Of a stretch of 64,000 nt of DNA, positions 52,057 to 64,000 are shown piece after piece (the stretch's first letter is position 1; each line of letters opens with the position of its first letter). Source of the stretch: Octopus sinensis (lineage: Eukaryota). The notes below the pieces were generated by a model. It was given only the letters and a program-made list of their open reading frames with translations, was not told the DNA's origin and searched no databases. The position numbers were made by a program, and so were the translations under genes. The DNA lies in contig NC_042997.1 of NCBI RefSeq assembly GCF_006345805.1, positions 112,964,001 through 113,028,000 on the forward strand, in the 5' to 3' direction.

Positions 52057-52309
52057 CTCTCTTGTGCCCCAGACAATAAGCTTGTCTTATTCCTGGCATA
52101 CCTATCCAAGTACCCCCCACTCTGTGTAAATTGTGAATAGATCAGAATTTAATATGCAAAAAAACCCCAAAATATATAAAAATAAACTATGTCCATACTG
52201 ACTCACATCTCATATATCTACAAAATGAAACTTGGAAGTTTCAAAAAATTCTGATGTGTGTGTGTGTGTGTGCTCACCATTTTTCTTTTCACATCAAACT
52301 CTGATATTT

Positions 52310-52496
52310 TCTTTTATTTATTTTGGTCATCTGATTGCGGCCATGCTGGAGCACTGCCTTTTGTCAAGCAAATCGACCCCAGGACTTATTCTTTGTAAGT
52401 TTCGTACTTATTCTATCGGTCTCTTTTGCCAAACCGCTAAGTTACAGGGACATAAACACACCAACATCGGTTGTCAAGCGATGGTAGGGGGACAAG

Positions 52497-52577
<81 letters not shown>

Positions 52578-52584
52578 GTATATA

Positions 52585-52622
<38 letters not shown>

Positions 52623-52645
52623 TATATATATATATATTATATATA

Positions 52646-52680
<35 letters not shown>

Positions 52681-52840
52681 CGATGGGCTTCTTTCAGTTT
52701 CTGTCTACCAAATCCACTCACAAGGCTTTGGTTGGCCCAAGGCTATAGTAGAAGACACTTGCCGAAGGTGCCACGCAGTGGGACCGAACCTGGAACCATG
52801 TGGTTGGTAAGCAAGCTACTTACCGCACAGCGACTCCTGC
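52310..52840 (-). mobile_element. SINE family B with expanded (TA)n
   Basis: Homology to 45800-46195. Confidence 0.8.
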
Positions 52841-52990
52841 ATAATTTACAAGTGTATCCACTCTGAAATATATTTGTAGAGAATTTCATTTAAAAATACC
52901 CATTTTTCTGAAAGTTAGGAGGAAACAAAGTCAACTCATGTGAAAAATTTTTCACAACAAATTCCGATCTATTATAATCAGAATCTACAC

Positions 52991-53566
52991 CGGTGGTTCT
53001 CAAACTGGAGTTCCCTAAGGGACCACAAAACGAATTTAGAGGCACCACAAAGGGACACTGAAGTATTGTGAAAACAGGGTGGTGACTTCAGACAGTTAAC
53101 TTTAAAGATTCCAAGACTTTCAATTTTTCACATGCTATCATCCTTTTTTGTCATTGACCTCAAAACCCTGCGCCTCTCCTACACACTGATTTGCTAATCA
53201 CACTTGTTGTACATCAGGTGTGATTAGCTGATGGAAAATATGCAGGTATAATTGTTGATTGCGCATGTGATGTTGGTATTCTACACTCACATGATTCACC
53301 ACTCTGCTATTGCAATCCACATGTTTGCATGTCTCTTACCATTGTTATCTGTATTGGTGCATGTTCCCACATTGTATTGGTGCATGTTCCCCTTTGCCAG
53401 ACACCCATTCTCATCCCAGTTCGTAGTCCAGAAATTAGGGTACACGAATGTATATCATTTTTTTTTTCATGTTAATTATCCTGCATTTTATAAGGAACCA
53501 CAAATCATTGATAAAAGTGTAGGGAGACCGGCACGTAAAATTCTTTGAAAAGTTTGAGAACCACTG
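52991..53566. mobile_element. hAT (Charlie-like) non-autonomous element
   Basis: TIR cggtggttctcaaact / agtttgagaaccactg; 8-bp TSD atctacac / atctgcac. Confidence 0.8.
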
Positions 53567-53798
53567 ATCTGCACCATCTGAAGCATTTTAGGAGATAATT
53601 TCATCAGAAAGTATCCATCTTTTTGGTAGTTATGAGAAAACAAAGCCGGTGAGGTCTATTTGTGTAGATATATCCTTTTCCTTAACCTTTAGCACACTGC
53701 ATTTTCTCTAGAATTGTCTCCCCTGGAACTATCCTGTTACTACAGGGGAGAAAACTCACAGTGACATGATGCACATACAGTGTGTTAAATGTTGATGG

Positions 53799-54316
53799 CT
53801 TCCACATTGGGCCCTCGCAAAGAGTGAGATACTGTAGCAGAACCATAAGAATTGCCAGATCTGGGTTGTCATAGGATATTTGTACAGGCACGGTAAGGTA
53901 GAGGTAAGCAGATTCTTCTGAACCGATACCGATAATCACATGTGGATTGGGAATTGCCTCAAGTGGCTGGATATACTCTGATGTGCGCCTTAAGAAGGGT
54001 CTTGATTTATCAGTACATTGTTCACAAGAGTCAGGTATAAATGTTTTCCATGGCTGCTCTGGTGGCACATCAAGTTTCAACAACTTCAGGTTAGCAGTCA
54101 TATGGATACACAAATTATCACCCTTCGTCAAAACTGAACGAAGTTTCTCCATTTTCTCAATGACACCATCAGGATTGGTGTCTAGCTGGGCCAGCACATC
54201 AGTGAGGAACTTGCTCTGTCGCAGCATACTAGTAACCGATATGTTGGAGTCTCTATTGTACAACAAGCTATAAAGAACAGTTCTGACTACAGCTGGACCA
54301 CGCCGTTTCAACATAG
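53799..54316 (-). pseudogene. Intronless fragment of an M16C/presequence-protease-like (C05D11.1-like) metallopeptidase gene
   Basis: About 172 uninterrupted codons with GIGSEESAYL, YDNPDLAILMVLLQYLTLCEGPMW, resembling the C-terminal part of C05D11.1-like proteins. Recognisable homology stops after PMW; no introns; no complete gene. Confidence 0.7.
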
Positions 54317-54434
54317 GAACAGCGTGGTCCAGCTGTAGTCAGAACTGTTCTTTATAGCTTGTTGTACAATAGAGACTCCAACATATCGGTTACTAGTATG
54401 CTGCGACAGAGCAAGTTCCTCACTGATGTGCTGG
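54191..54434. repeat. Perfect 113-bp inverted repeat (arms 54191-54303 and 54322-54434, 18-nt spacer)
   Basis: Base-by-base reverse-complement match ccagcacatc...ggaccacgc / gcgtggtcc...gatgtgctgg. Confidence 0.95.
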
Positions 54435-54467
54435 AAAAGTCTTGTGATTATCTCCCCTTCTTATAAG

Positions 54468-54545
54468 CTTGCTCCAATTGCCATTTGGGAATTATGCCAC
54501 ATCTGGAGATCTACCATGGATGATCCATTATACAAATGTTTGAAA
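54468..54545 (+). CDS. Weak candidate exon (phase 0-0)
   Basis: ccccttcttataag acceptor and AAA|gtaatc donor; open frame LAPIAIWELCHIWRSTMDDPLYKCLK; phase does not match 51981 directly. Confidence 0.25.
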
Positions 54546-55707
54546 GTAATCTTAAATTAGACCCCTTTTTTTTATGATTCTTTTAATGTTCATTTTTCTG
54601 TCCTTTTGTATTTTATTCTGTGTATTGTGAATGTATCTCTTATCTTTCATTGCGGAAGAAGAAGTTGTTAATGTTTTCTCTTTCTTCTTTTAACCTTCTC
54701 TGACATGTTGTATTCTGTCTTATTGTTGACGTTGTCGTCACCACCGCCATCATCATTGTCATTGTCATCACCATCATTATCATCATTATCATCATCATGG
54801 TTTGCCACTGTTGCCACCATCACTACTGCCACCAGCACCATCAGCCATTCAAGAATTTGGACCTGCAGATCTCCATTTCCAGCGACTTCGAGGGCCACCA
54901 CCCCATTGGTGTCGGGCGTCAACGAAAAGCCCTCAACTACAACAAGATGACCAAAGTTTTTTTTTCCAAGGTCTGGGGTCTCCCGCCCCTAAGCCCTAGA
55001 CCATCACCTAATCACCCTTACCCGTTTTGTTGCTTAACAACAACAACCAGCACCATCAGCTTCATCATCATCATCACTCATCATCATTGCCACTACCATC
55101 ACTATCACAACCACTACCACCATCTTCATCGTCATCATCATCTTTTAAAGTCCACTTTTCCATGCTTGCTTGGGTCAGACGGTTAATTGAGGCAGATGTT
55201 TTTTAGCTGGATGCCCTTCCTGTCACCAACACTCACTTGTTTCTATAACAATATAATAAATGTGCCTTTTTAAAGCCTAGCCAGGCTCATGAGCTCAGTT
55301 TCCCGGTTCCTATGGCATATGTGTTCTCCAGCTGGACGAGACACCAGTCCATCATAGCATTACTCATTTTTGCCAGCTGAGTGGACTGGAGCAACATGAA
55401 ATGAAATGTTTTGCTCAAGAACATAATGTGTCGCCCGGTCCAGGAATCGAAGCCACAATCTTATGATCATGGTGCTGACACCCTAACCACTAAGCTACGC
55501 GCCTCCACCACTTGTTTCTATGCAAAGTAATATTTCCTTATGATGTTCCATCATTGAGATGTTGATGGTAGTGTTAATAGTGGCACCAATGAAGATGATG
55601 ATGAGTAGAAGGAGGAGGAGGATGGGGAAGAAAGGAGATGAGGAAGAGGCTGTCAATCTTTCCTCCTGTTTCAAATTTGCATGATTTCTAACGATTACTT
55701 TTGCCAG

Positions 55708-55905
55708 AGATCAAAGTTTGCTATTGAACCTTGTGATTGGCAGTTTAGTAATATCTTAAATGAAGTTGTAGATGTGATGATAACCCAACTTGTGAAAAAC
55801 CTGCTGAGGTACCAGACTTATATTCAATATTGTAGAGAAAAAGAAGAAGAAGAAGAACTGACTCATCGTAAAACCGATAAAGGAACCTTCCAAAAGAATA
55901 ATGAA
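55708..55905 (+). CDS. Candidate exon of an unidentified + strand gene (phase 0-0)
   Basis: ctaac branch-like motif with ttacttttgccag acceptor, GAA|gtaagt donor; 66 open codons RSKFAIEPCDWQFSNILNEVV...FQKNNE. Confidence 0.55.
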
Positions 55906-56442
55906 GTAAGTATGATTAAAGGAAAATTAAAAGAATTTATTATCGAGATGTACTTGCATAGTATGTGACCTGATTTGAGATTGTGTGCTGGAACGAAAAC
56001 AATTGCAGTGTGAAAGGTGTTTATAAGCGATTTAAGAAACACACAAAAGCCGTTAGATTCACTTCAACATTTAAATTTAATTTGCCAAAATATTTTCGTC
56101 GCTTTGAGACCACGACCTGTTCACTGACAAAATTCCATGCTGCATCAGAATTTAGTCTGAATGATAATCTCTTTTCTACTGAAATTTGTGGGGAGGGTAC
56201 TAGTTGATTACATTGACCCCAGTGTATAACTGGTACTTATTTCATTGACGCCCCCCCCCCCTTCGAAAGGATGAAAGGGTAAAGTCAACCTTACCAAAAT
56301 TTGAACTCAGCAACAGTTGAAATACTGCCAAATATTTCACCTGGTGTGCTAACAATTCTGCCAGCTCACAACCTTAAGTCTGAATAATAATAATAATAAT
56401 AATAGTAATAATAATAAAAATAATATGTGATAAATAAGAAAG

Positions 56443-56745
56443 AAAAGTCGAGAGATATGACAGGTTAGCTTGGGAAGTTTAGCAGTTGTGGTTGATGAAA
56501 AAGGTAGCAGTAGTACCAATAATTGTTGGAGCCCTGGGAACAGTGAGTAAAAATCTTGAGAAGTACGTGGAACAAATAGGGGCTGCAATAAGGGTGGAGC
56601 ACTTGTAGAAAAAACAGCACTGCTTGGAACCGCCCGAATACTCCAGAAGGTGCTAAAAAAATAAAAGGTGTTACCTTAGTTCTCTGGTAGTAAACAGCTG
56701 ACACCATAGTACATCTCCAGCGTTAGAAGCTGTGCAAAGGCAATG

Positions 56746-56750
<5 letters not shown>
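56443..56750 (+). mobile_element. R4/Dong-like 3' fragment, same family as 27331-27870
   Basis: High similarity to 27563-27870; flanked by (TAA)n. Confidence 0.8.
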
Positions 56751-56783
<33 letters not shown>

Positions 56784-57262
56784 AATATTAATAGTAGTAA
56801 TAATAATAATCATTCTTTCTACTATAAGCACAAGAAATTTTGGTTAAGGGAGGAAGTTAGTTACATTGAGCCAAGTGCTTAACTCGTCCTTGTTTTATCA
56901 ACCTGGGAAGGATGAAAATATTGACTCTGGTGGAATTTGAACACAGAATGTTAAGAGCCAGAAGAAATACCTTTAAGCCATTTTTCTGATGTGCTAACGA
57001 TTCTGCCAGCTTGATGCCTTAAGGATAATAATAATAATAATCCTTTCTAGTATAGGCACAAGGCTTGAAATTTTGGGTGAGTGGTGTTTAGTCACATCAA
57101 CCCCAGTGTGCAACTGGTATTTGTTTCATTGACCTCAGAAAAATGAAAGGCAAAGTTGACCTCAGCAGAATTTGAACTCAGAACATAAAAAGCTGGAACA
57201 AATGCCATTAAATATTTAGTCCTGACAATTCTTCTAGCTTGCTTAATAGAGATGGTAATGAG

Positions 57263-57490
57263 CTTAACCCTTTCATTAGCAACCCAGTTGAAACCAGCTC
57301 TGGCTCTGTAGTACAAATGTCTTGTTTTCATGTTTTGAATTAAAATCTTCCACTAAACCTTAGCCACAATTAATGTTCCTAACACTAGCTTAATGATAAC
57401 TAAGTTATTTTACTAAATTCTTTGTTATATTTAAAGTAATTGAAAGAAACACAGAGCATCTCAACAGAAATATGGTAACAAAAAGGTTAA
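57263..57490. mobile_element. piggyBac-like MITE
   Basis: ttaaccctttc ... aaaaaggttaa; reverse-complement homology to 13312-13540. Confidence 0.6.
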
Positions 57491-57566
57491 TGTCTACAGT
57501 GGTCAGGTGCACTACAACCTGTCAGAAAAGGTTAAAAGAGGAGAAAGAAAGCAGACATATTACTAA

Positions 57567-57960
57567 ACTAGCAGTATCGCCTGGCGTTGCTCAGGTTTGT
57601 TTCGACCCTTTAGAATTGGAATTTTTGAAAAGTAAAAATTTTGCATTATGTAGCTTGTTATTCTCTTTAAGTGAACATTTTTCTTGTTGAAATACACCGA
57701 AAAATGGCGACAGAGCAGTTAAAAAATCGTAAAAAATAAGGATTTTCATAGAAAAAAGCACCTTTTTGATGTAAATAATATTTGGTGTTAACATGGTCCA
57801 ATTTGAATTTTTTTTCTTCTGCGGAAGGAAGAGCAAGATTTCTATCATACTCTCAATTTTGGTCATCTTGCGCTGCAGCGTCTCGGAGGAGATAGTGTTA
57901 GTTGAAGGCTACCAAACCTGCCATACACAGACAACTTCAGCTTTATATATATAGAGAGAT
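57567..57960 (+). mobile_element. Helentron/HINE-like element, family 1, copy 2
   Basis: Homologous to 42064-42420. Confidence 0.65.
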
Positions 57961-58139
57961 AAAGACAGCAATGGAAGCCAGAAGTACAATACACAATACA
58001 AAGACTAACTAGCATCTGTCAGTTGTGATGATGAGGGTTCTAGTTAATCTGATCAATGGAATAATTTTTTGTGAAATTAACGTGCAAGTGGCTGAGCATT
58101 CCACAGACACGCATGCTCCCAATGTAGTTCTCAGGGAGA

Positions 58140-58380
58140 TTAAGCATCTCACATCAGCCCATTTGTATTTCAGATACAACTTGTATATAGATGAGGACAG
58201 CTGCATAAAGAAGTGCCAAGGTCTAAATGTGGACGGAACCTGTGGAAGGGGTAGACTCAGAAAGATGTGGGACAAAGTGGTGAGAAAGGATCATTGGACG
58301 CTGGGCCCCATTTGGGAAATGCCAAGGGACTGGGAGATGTGGAAATTTGCTGTACTTGACAAGATATGTCAAGCTAAGTA
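58140..58380 (+). mobile_element. RTE-like 3' fragment
   Basis: GTCGRGRLRKMWDKVVRKD...DWEMWK. Confidence 0.5.
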
Positions 58381-58539
58381 AAATTGCTGTTTTCCACATA
58401 TACAGGAAAAGAATTTTCCCTCCAGTCATTGGACATGATCAAACCAGCAACGGTTTTGCTCTTTCATATTAGGGAGCCTAGTTTTTCCTGTAATTAGTTC
58501 GTTGCTTACCCTGCCATACATCTTTTTCCTGTATATGTG

Positions 58540-59435
58540 TAAAAAGATTCGAATGAGGTCAGTGCCAGTACCACCTGACTAGCCCCTGTGTCGGTGGCAC
58601 GTAAAAGCACCCACTACACTCTCGGAGTGGTTGGCGTTAGGAAGGGCATCCAGTTGTAGAAACTCTTCCAAATCAGATTGGAATCTGGTGCAGCCATCTG
58701 GTTCGCCAGCCCTCCGTCAAACTGTCCAATCCATGCCAGCATGAAAAGCAGGCATTAAACAACAACTACGATGATGATGATATATAAGGGCATCATTCGA
58801 GTGTGATCGTTACCAGCGTCGCTTTACTGGCACCTGTGCCAGTGGCATGTCTGTGTAAAAAGATTCGAGCGAGGTCATTGCCAGTACCGCCTGACTGGCC
58901 CTCGTGCCGGTGGCACATAAAAGCACCCACTACACTCTCGGAGTGGTTGGCGTTAAGAAGGGCATCCAACTGTAGAAACTCTGCCAGATCAAGATTGGAG
59001 CCTGGTGCAGTCATCTGGTTTGCCAGTCCTCAGTCAAAATCGTCCAACCCATGCTAGCATGGAAAGCGGACGTTAAATGATGATGATAATGATGATTGGC
59101 CTCTCTTTTCAGGTGTCGGCGCCACTTTAAAAGGACCCATGCTGGAGCTGCATTAACGCACCATGCCAGTGCTGTGTCAATGCACACATGCCGTTACTGC
59201 ATTAATGCACCCATGCTGGAGCTGCATAAACATACCCATACCGGTAGCATGTAAAAAGCACCCAGCACATTCTTGTTAAGTGGTTGGCATTAGGAAAGAG
59301 ATCAAGCCGTAGAAACCATGCCTCAATAGACAGCTGGGGTCTGGACAGCTCCCCTGCTAGCCAGCTGCATGTCAAACCTTCCAACCCATACCAGCATGGA
59401 AAGTGGACGCTAAATGACGATTATGATGATGATGA
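58540..59435 (+). mobile_element. Three adjacent SINE family A copies
   Basis: Three cores, each ending in a (GAT)n tail. Confidence 0.75.
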
Positions 59436-60011
59436 ACTCATTTTTGCCAGCTGAGTGGACATACACAACATGAAATAAAGTGTCTTGCTCAAGGACACAT
59501 GTCACCGGGAATTGAACTCACGACCTTACAATCGTGAGCTGAATATCCTAATCACATAGCAATGCACCCCCATAGCACACAGAATAAAACACAGAAAGAG
59601 AGAAAGTGAACATTAAAAAGAGTCTTAAGAGAAGAAAGGGTGGATAGGCATGGCAGAATAGGCATGTTGGTGAATTTTGGGAAATAGGGAATTTTTGAAG
59701 CATGCCAGGTCCTAACAAATTAACAAACTGATGTGGGTAGTTTATTCCATGATTTTGCAGTTCTGAGTGTGAAAGAATGTTTCTGAAAGTCATGGATACT
59801 GAACAGAGTGACACCAGAAATGTATCTTCATTATTACAAACCTGTTGTTTTTATATTTATTATTTTATTGTTACCCGTCCCCTCAGTTGACTCATCAAAT
59901 CTTGTTCACTGCGGTTCTAACAAGGGAGGTAAGTTAATATAGTTACGTCCCTTGGAGATTATAGAAGTTACCTCCCTTATCTATTAGATTTCCGTCCCGT
60001 AATTTGAAGCT

Positions 60012-60410
60012 ACGAGCAGTATCGCCCGGCGTTGCTCTAGTTTGTTTTCTTTTCGACCCTTTAGAATTGGAATTTTTGAAAAGTAAAAATTTTGCCTTAT
60101 GTAGCTTGTTATTTTGTTTAAGTGAGCATTTTTCTGATTGAAATACACCGAAAAATGGCGACAGCAGTAAAAAAATCGTAAAAAATAGAGATTTTCATAG
60201 AAAAAAAGCACCTTTTTGATGTAAATAATTTTTGGTGTTAACATAGTACAATTTGAATTTTTTTCTTCTACGGAAGGAAGAGCAAGCCTTCTTCTATCAT
60301 ACTCTCAATTTTGGTCAACTTGCGCCGCAGGGTCTCGGAGGAGATAGTGTTAGTTGAAGACTACCAAACCTGCCATACACAGACAACTTTAGCCTTATAT
60401 ATATAGAGAT
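60012..60410 (+). mobile_element. Helentron/HINE-like element, family 1, copy 3
   Basis: Homologous to 42064-42420. Confidence 0.65.
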
Positions 60411-61069
60411 TAACAAGCACGTTTATAATTAGTTGAAAGGCAGAGAGAGAGAGAGGCAGACAGACAGAGTGGACATCACATGGAATAGTATGGCAGGGTG
60501 AGCAACGAACTAATTACATGAAAAGCCAGGCTCCCTAATATGAAAGAGCAAATCCTTTGCTGGTTTGATCATGTCCGATGACTGGAGGGAACTCGGTTGC
60601 TAAGACAAATACTCGTTTATTGTTGTCTGATGGTAAAAAGATATCAGAGTAGATGACAGCAACGGTTCCTTTCCTCCAACAACACCATCTCGACACTGTT
60701 ACCAATACTATGCCTTCATAACAGCCACAACTGCCACCATCTCTATCGGTAGCATCACTGACACCTCTGCCACTACATGCTCTATGTCCATTCTGCCATC
60801 ACCACTACTACCACCAGGACCACCACTGCCGCCACCACCATCACCTCTGCTACTGCTACCTCCACCACTACCACCATCACTGTCACCATCACCAGCTCAG
60901 ATCTGGTAGTAACTGTTTCACTGATGAGGTCCAAATAGATTGAAACATATCTACAGTTGTCTTCCCCAACTGCTAAGAAATTTGATTCACTCCTCCACTT
61001 TCTTCTATCTCTAATTGCTTTTAATTCTGGGGCAGGTAGTGTCTCTTACTTTTGTTAACCAGGGTTGTC

Positions 61070-61792
61070 GACAGCGATTTGCGTTGGACAAAACACATTG
61101 CTAAAATTGCCACGAAAGCTGAGGGTGTCTTGGCATCATTTACCAAGTCCTTTGTCAGTCACTCACCGGCTATCTATCTGAGGCTTTATATAGCTATGGT
61201 ACGACCTCACCTGGAATTTGCATCAATGATCTGGAACCCCTATCTTGCCCAGGATATTAATCATCTGGAAACTGTTCAGTGATGTGCAACCAAGAGAATA
61301 CTCACCATCAGGCATTTGCCATATTCTGAACGCCTTACTTCCCTGGGCATGGATACATGGAAACTCCGACGTCTGGCAGCTGACTTGGCAGACACCCATT
61401 AAATTATCAACCATCTTACTAACAATAACTCTGAGCACCTTTTCAAACTCCACCTATCTAACACCCGTGCACATGTTTTCAAAGTCAGAAATCAGCACAG
61501 CTCCCATGACTTTTGGAAACATTTTTTCATGCTAAGAGTTGCTGAAGTATGGAACAAACTGCCAGCATCAGTTGTTAGTTGTCGGAGCACTGCATCCTTC
61601 AAAACTTCCATGCTTCCTGAGATTCGGCAACGCTACACCTGATTTTCTCCCCTCCATACACATGCAAGCATGTATCTGACTCATACACTGTTCACTTTCC
61701 AGAAATTTGTACATTACTGCATATGCTTTATACGCACTTTTGACAAGTTGTGGTGCACCTTAGCACTGTATACAATAATTTCATTATTATTA

Positions 61793-61830
<38 letters not shown>
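61070..61830 (+). mobile_element. CR1/L2-like LINE 3' fragment with (ATT)n tail
   Basis: DSDLRWTKHI...VRPHLEFA..WNPY...LETVQ..ATK; RVAEVWNKLP. Confidence 0.8.
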
Positions 61831-61934
61831 ATCTTTAAAATCATTTATCACTCAGCTGTTTCTATCATTAGATTGCAGCTTTTTTTAAGCCTGATGCTTA
61901 TATATATACATACATGTATATGTATGTATATATG

Positions 61935-61979
<45 letters not shown>

Positions 61980-62239
61980 AATGGGCTTCTTTCAGTTTCC
62001 GTTTGCTTAATCCACTCACTAGGCTTTGGTTGGTCTGATGCTGTTTTAGAAGGCACTTGCCCATGGTACCACGCAGTGGGACTGAACCCATAGCCATGTG
62101 GTTGGATAGCAAGCTTCTTACCACACAGCCGGGCCTGTACTTGAATTAATTTTCTGTGCTCTTCACTGTGAGTTTGCTTTTAATTAAGACCCCTTGATTA
62201 GTCATTGCACTATGTGTGAGAAGCCAATTTAGTGTAAGG

Positions 62240-62600
62240 GATTATGAAGATTACAAAAATTAAGTTGAAAGGAATTAATTTACTTTAGACTTGAAAGAGT
62301 TGAGAGAGAGGAGAGCAATGAGTTGGAAGAGAGTTCCAAAGTCAGGCAGTTTGAGGGGAAAAAACTGCGACTGTAGAAATACATCCTCATTTATGGAAGC
62401 CCAACATTTTGATGAAGACATTGTGGGTTTTGAGTCAGGTGAGGTGGCACAAAGTGTTCTGGAACTAAGAGAGAAAGTTCATGAGATCATTTCCTGTGGC
62501 AATAACGAATAGAAAATACTAAGACTGGCAACGACAGATCAATGTAACAAGGGGATTGTGGGGCTGAAGCAAGAGAGGGATCGGTCAAATAGAGGATCCG
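62240..62600 (-). mobile_element. LINE 3' remnant (Jockey/Daphne-like)
   Basis: Minus strand SFFP...LWNSLP-like remnants. Confidence 0.45.
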
Positions 62601-62839
62601 CTTCTGAACCCAGTCGTGGACATCCAAGTGACAAAATGGTACCCCTGCTCAAATATTTGCTTCTGAATTGAGTATTCCACAGGCACATGGGCCCTTTATG
62701 TAATTCCCTCTGTAGAATCAGCAAAACATAATGTGACAAGCTGTCATTTAAATTAGAATTTATCACACAGGCTTCTGTACAGTTTCCTTTCACTCAAATT
62801 CACTCACAATGTTTGGATCAATCCAATCTTTAATCTTTT

Positions 62840-63200
62840 ATATTTTACTTGCTTCAGTCATTATATTGCGACCATGCTGGGGCACTGCCTTGAAGAAGTT
62901 TAGTTGAACAAGTTGACCCTGTTATTTTTTTTTTAAAGCCTGGTGCTTATTCTATCTGTCCCTTTTGCTGAACTGCTAAGTTATGGGGATGTAAACAAAC
63001 CAACATCGGTTGTCAAGCATTGGTGGGGAGCAAACACAGCCACACACATACACACATATATGATGGGTTTCTTTCAGTTTCCATCTACCAAATCCACTCA
63101 CAAGGCTCTGGAAATCCTGGGTCTATAGTAGAAGACATGTGCCCAGGCTGTCATGCAGTGGTCAGGAAGTAATTTCTTACCACACAGACATGACTGCACC
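62840..63200 (-). mobile_element. SINE family B, decayed
   Basis: Homology to 45800-46195. Confidence 0.7.
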
Positions 63201-63429
63201 AAAGGCTAAAAAAAAATTGATACTTGTCCAAAATGCCATACAGTAAGATTGAACCTGTGACCCCATGGTTGTGAAGTGAACTTCTTAACCATTCATCCAT
63301 CTATACTGTGCCTGAACAGGAAGTCCTTGCTTATGGTTTGTTAATAAATGAACCAGTCCCCATAATTTACTATTTAATGATGTCACAATTTAAAGTCTTG
63401 TGCTAATGGAGGTTTACATATTCTTGTAG

Positions 63430-63570
63430 GAACAGATTAACAGAATTATCTGCAAAGAGATTTTATATGAAGACATCCTGCATCCAGTCATTTCAGACAT
63501 GTTATATGAGACTGCTCACTGGACATTGCAGTTCTATGCTCAGAAATTCTACAGGAGAGACTTAAATGAG
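63430..63570 (+). CDS. Candidate exon of an unidentified + strand gene (phase 0-0)
   Basis: attcttgtag acceptor and GAG|gtttgt donor; 47 open codons EQINRIICKEILYEDILHPVISDMLYETAHWTLQFYAQKFYRRDLNE; phase-compatible with 55905. Confidence 0.55.
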
Positions 63571-64000
63571 GTTTGTAAGCTCAACATTCTTTCACTAAAT
63601 ATGTAAAATCATGTCCCATCATTTACCATTTTGCTTCATCTAATAATTTCTGATTTTCTTCAGCCAACATTTACTATTTGTTAGTTAATATTGGTTTCAA
63701 ATTTTAGCACAAGGCCAGCAATTTCAGTAGGGGGCAGAATGTAAGTTGATTACATCAAGCCCAGGTATCAGGGATGTGTAACAAAAGATTTCCAGACAAT
63801 GGACATAAGATAAATTAAGAAAAATAATAAACGAGTGAAAAATGTAATGCATGTGTTTATTTGGTAAGAAAACATAGAAAATGACCGTTCCAAAATCATC
63901 ATCATCATCATCATCATTTAACGTCCGTTTTCTGTGCTTGCATGGGTTGGACGGTTTGATCGGGGTCTGAGAAGTCAGGAGGCTACATCAGGCTCAAGTC

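Noticed and set aside
53682-53798. C-terminal tail of the 210-aa ORF
   Set aside because: Read-through into flanking DNA beyond the recognisable homology

Overview
AT-rich, repeat-dense eukaryotic genomic DNA. The SINE, microsatellite and LINE repertoire suggests a cephalopod, probably Octopus (inference, not a database result). Most six-frame ORFs are microsatellite or SINE artefacts. Supported host-gene content: (1) a two-coding-exon TMEM121/CECR6-family membrane protein gene on + (33685-33850 joined to 35059-35792, 299 aa); (2) an inverted paralogous copy of its first coding exon on - (1662-1827); (3) spliceable + strand exons of an unidentified gene (49619-63570) downstream of a candidate RFX X-box promoter near 41.7 kb; (4) an intronless antisense fragment of an M16C/C05D11.1-like metallopeptidase gene that ends in a perfect 113-bp fold-back hairpin (54191-54434). 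The rest is tRNA-derived SINEs, decayed RTE, R4/Dong, CRE, Tx1 and CR1-like LINEs, Tc1/mariner elements (one with DD36E spacing), hAT, Merlin, piggyBac and Helentron-type MITEs, and Penelope-like fold-back inserts with hammerhead-ribozyme motifs. The recurring theme is local fold-back or inverted copying. Repeat boundaries were set by eye and are approximate unless a TSD or TIR is quoted.
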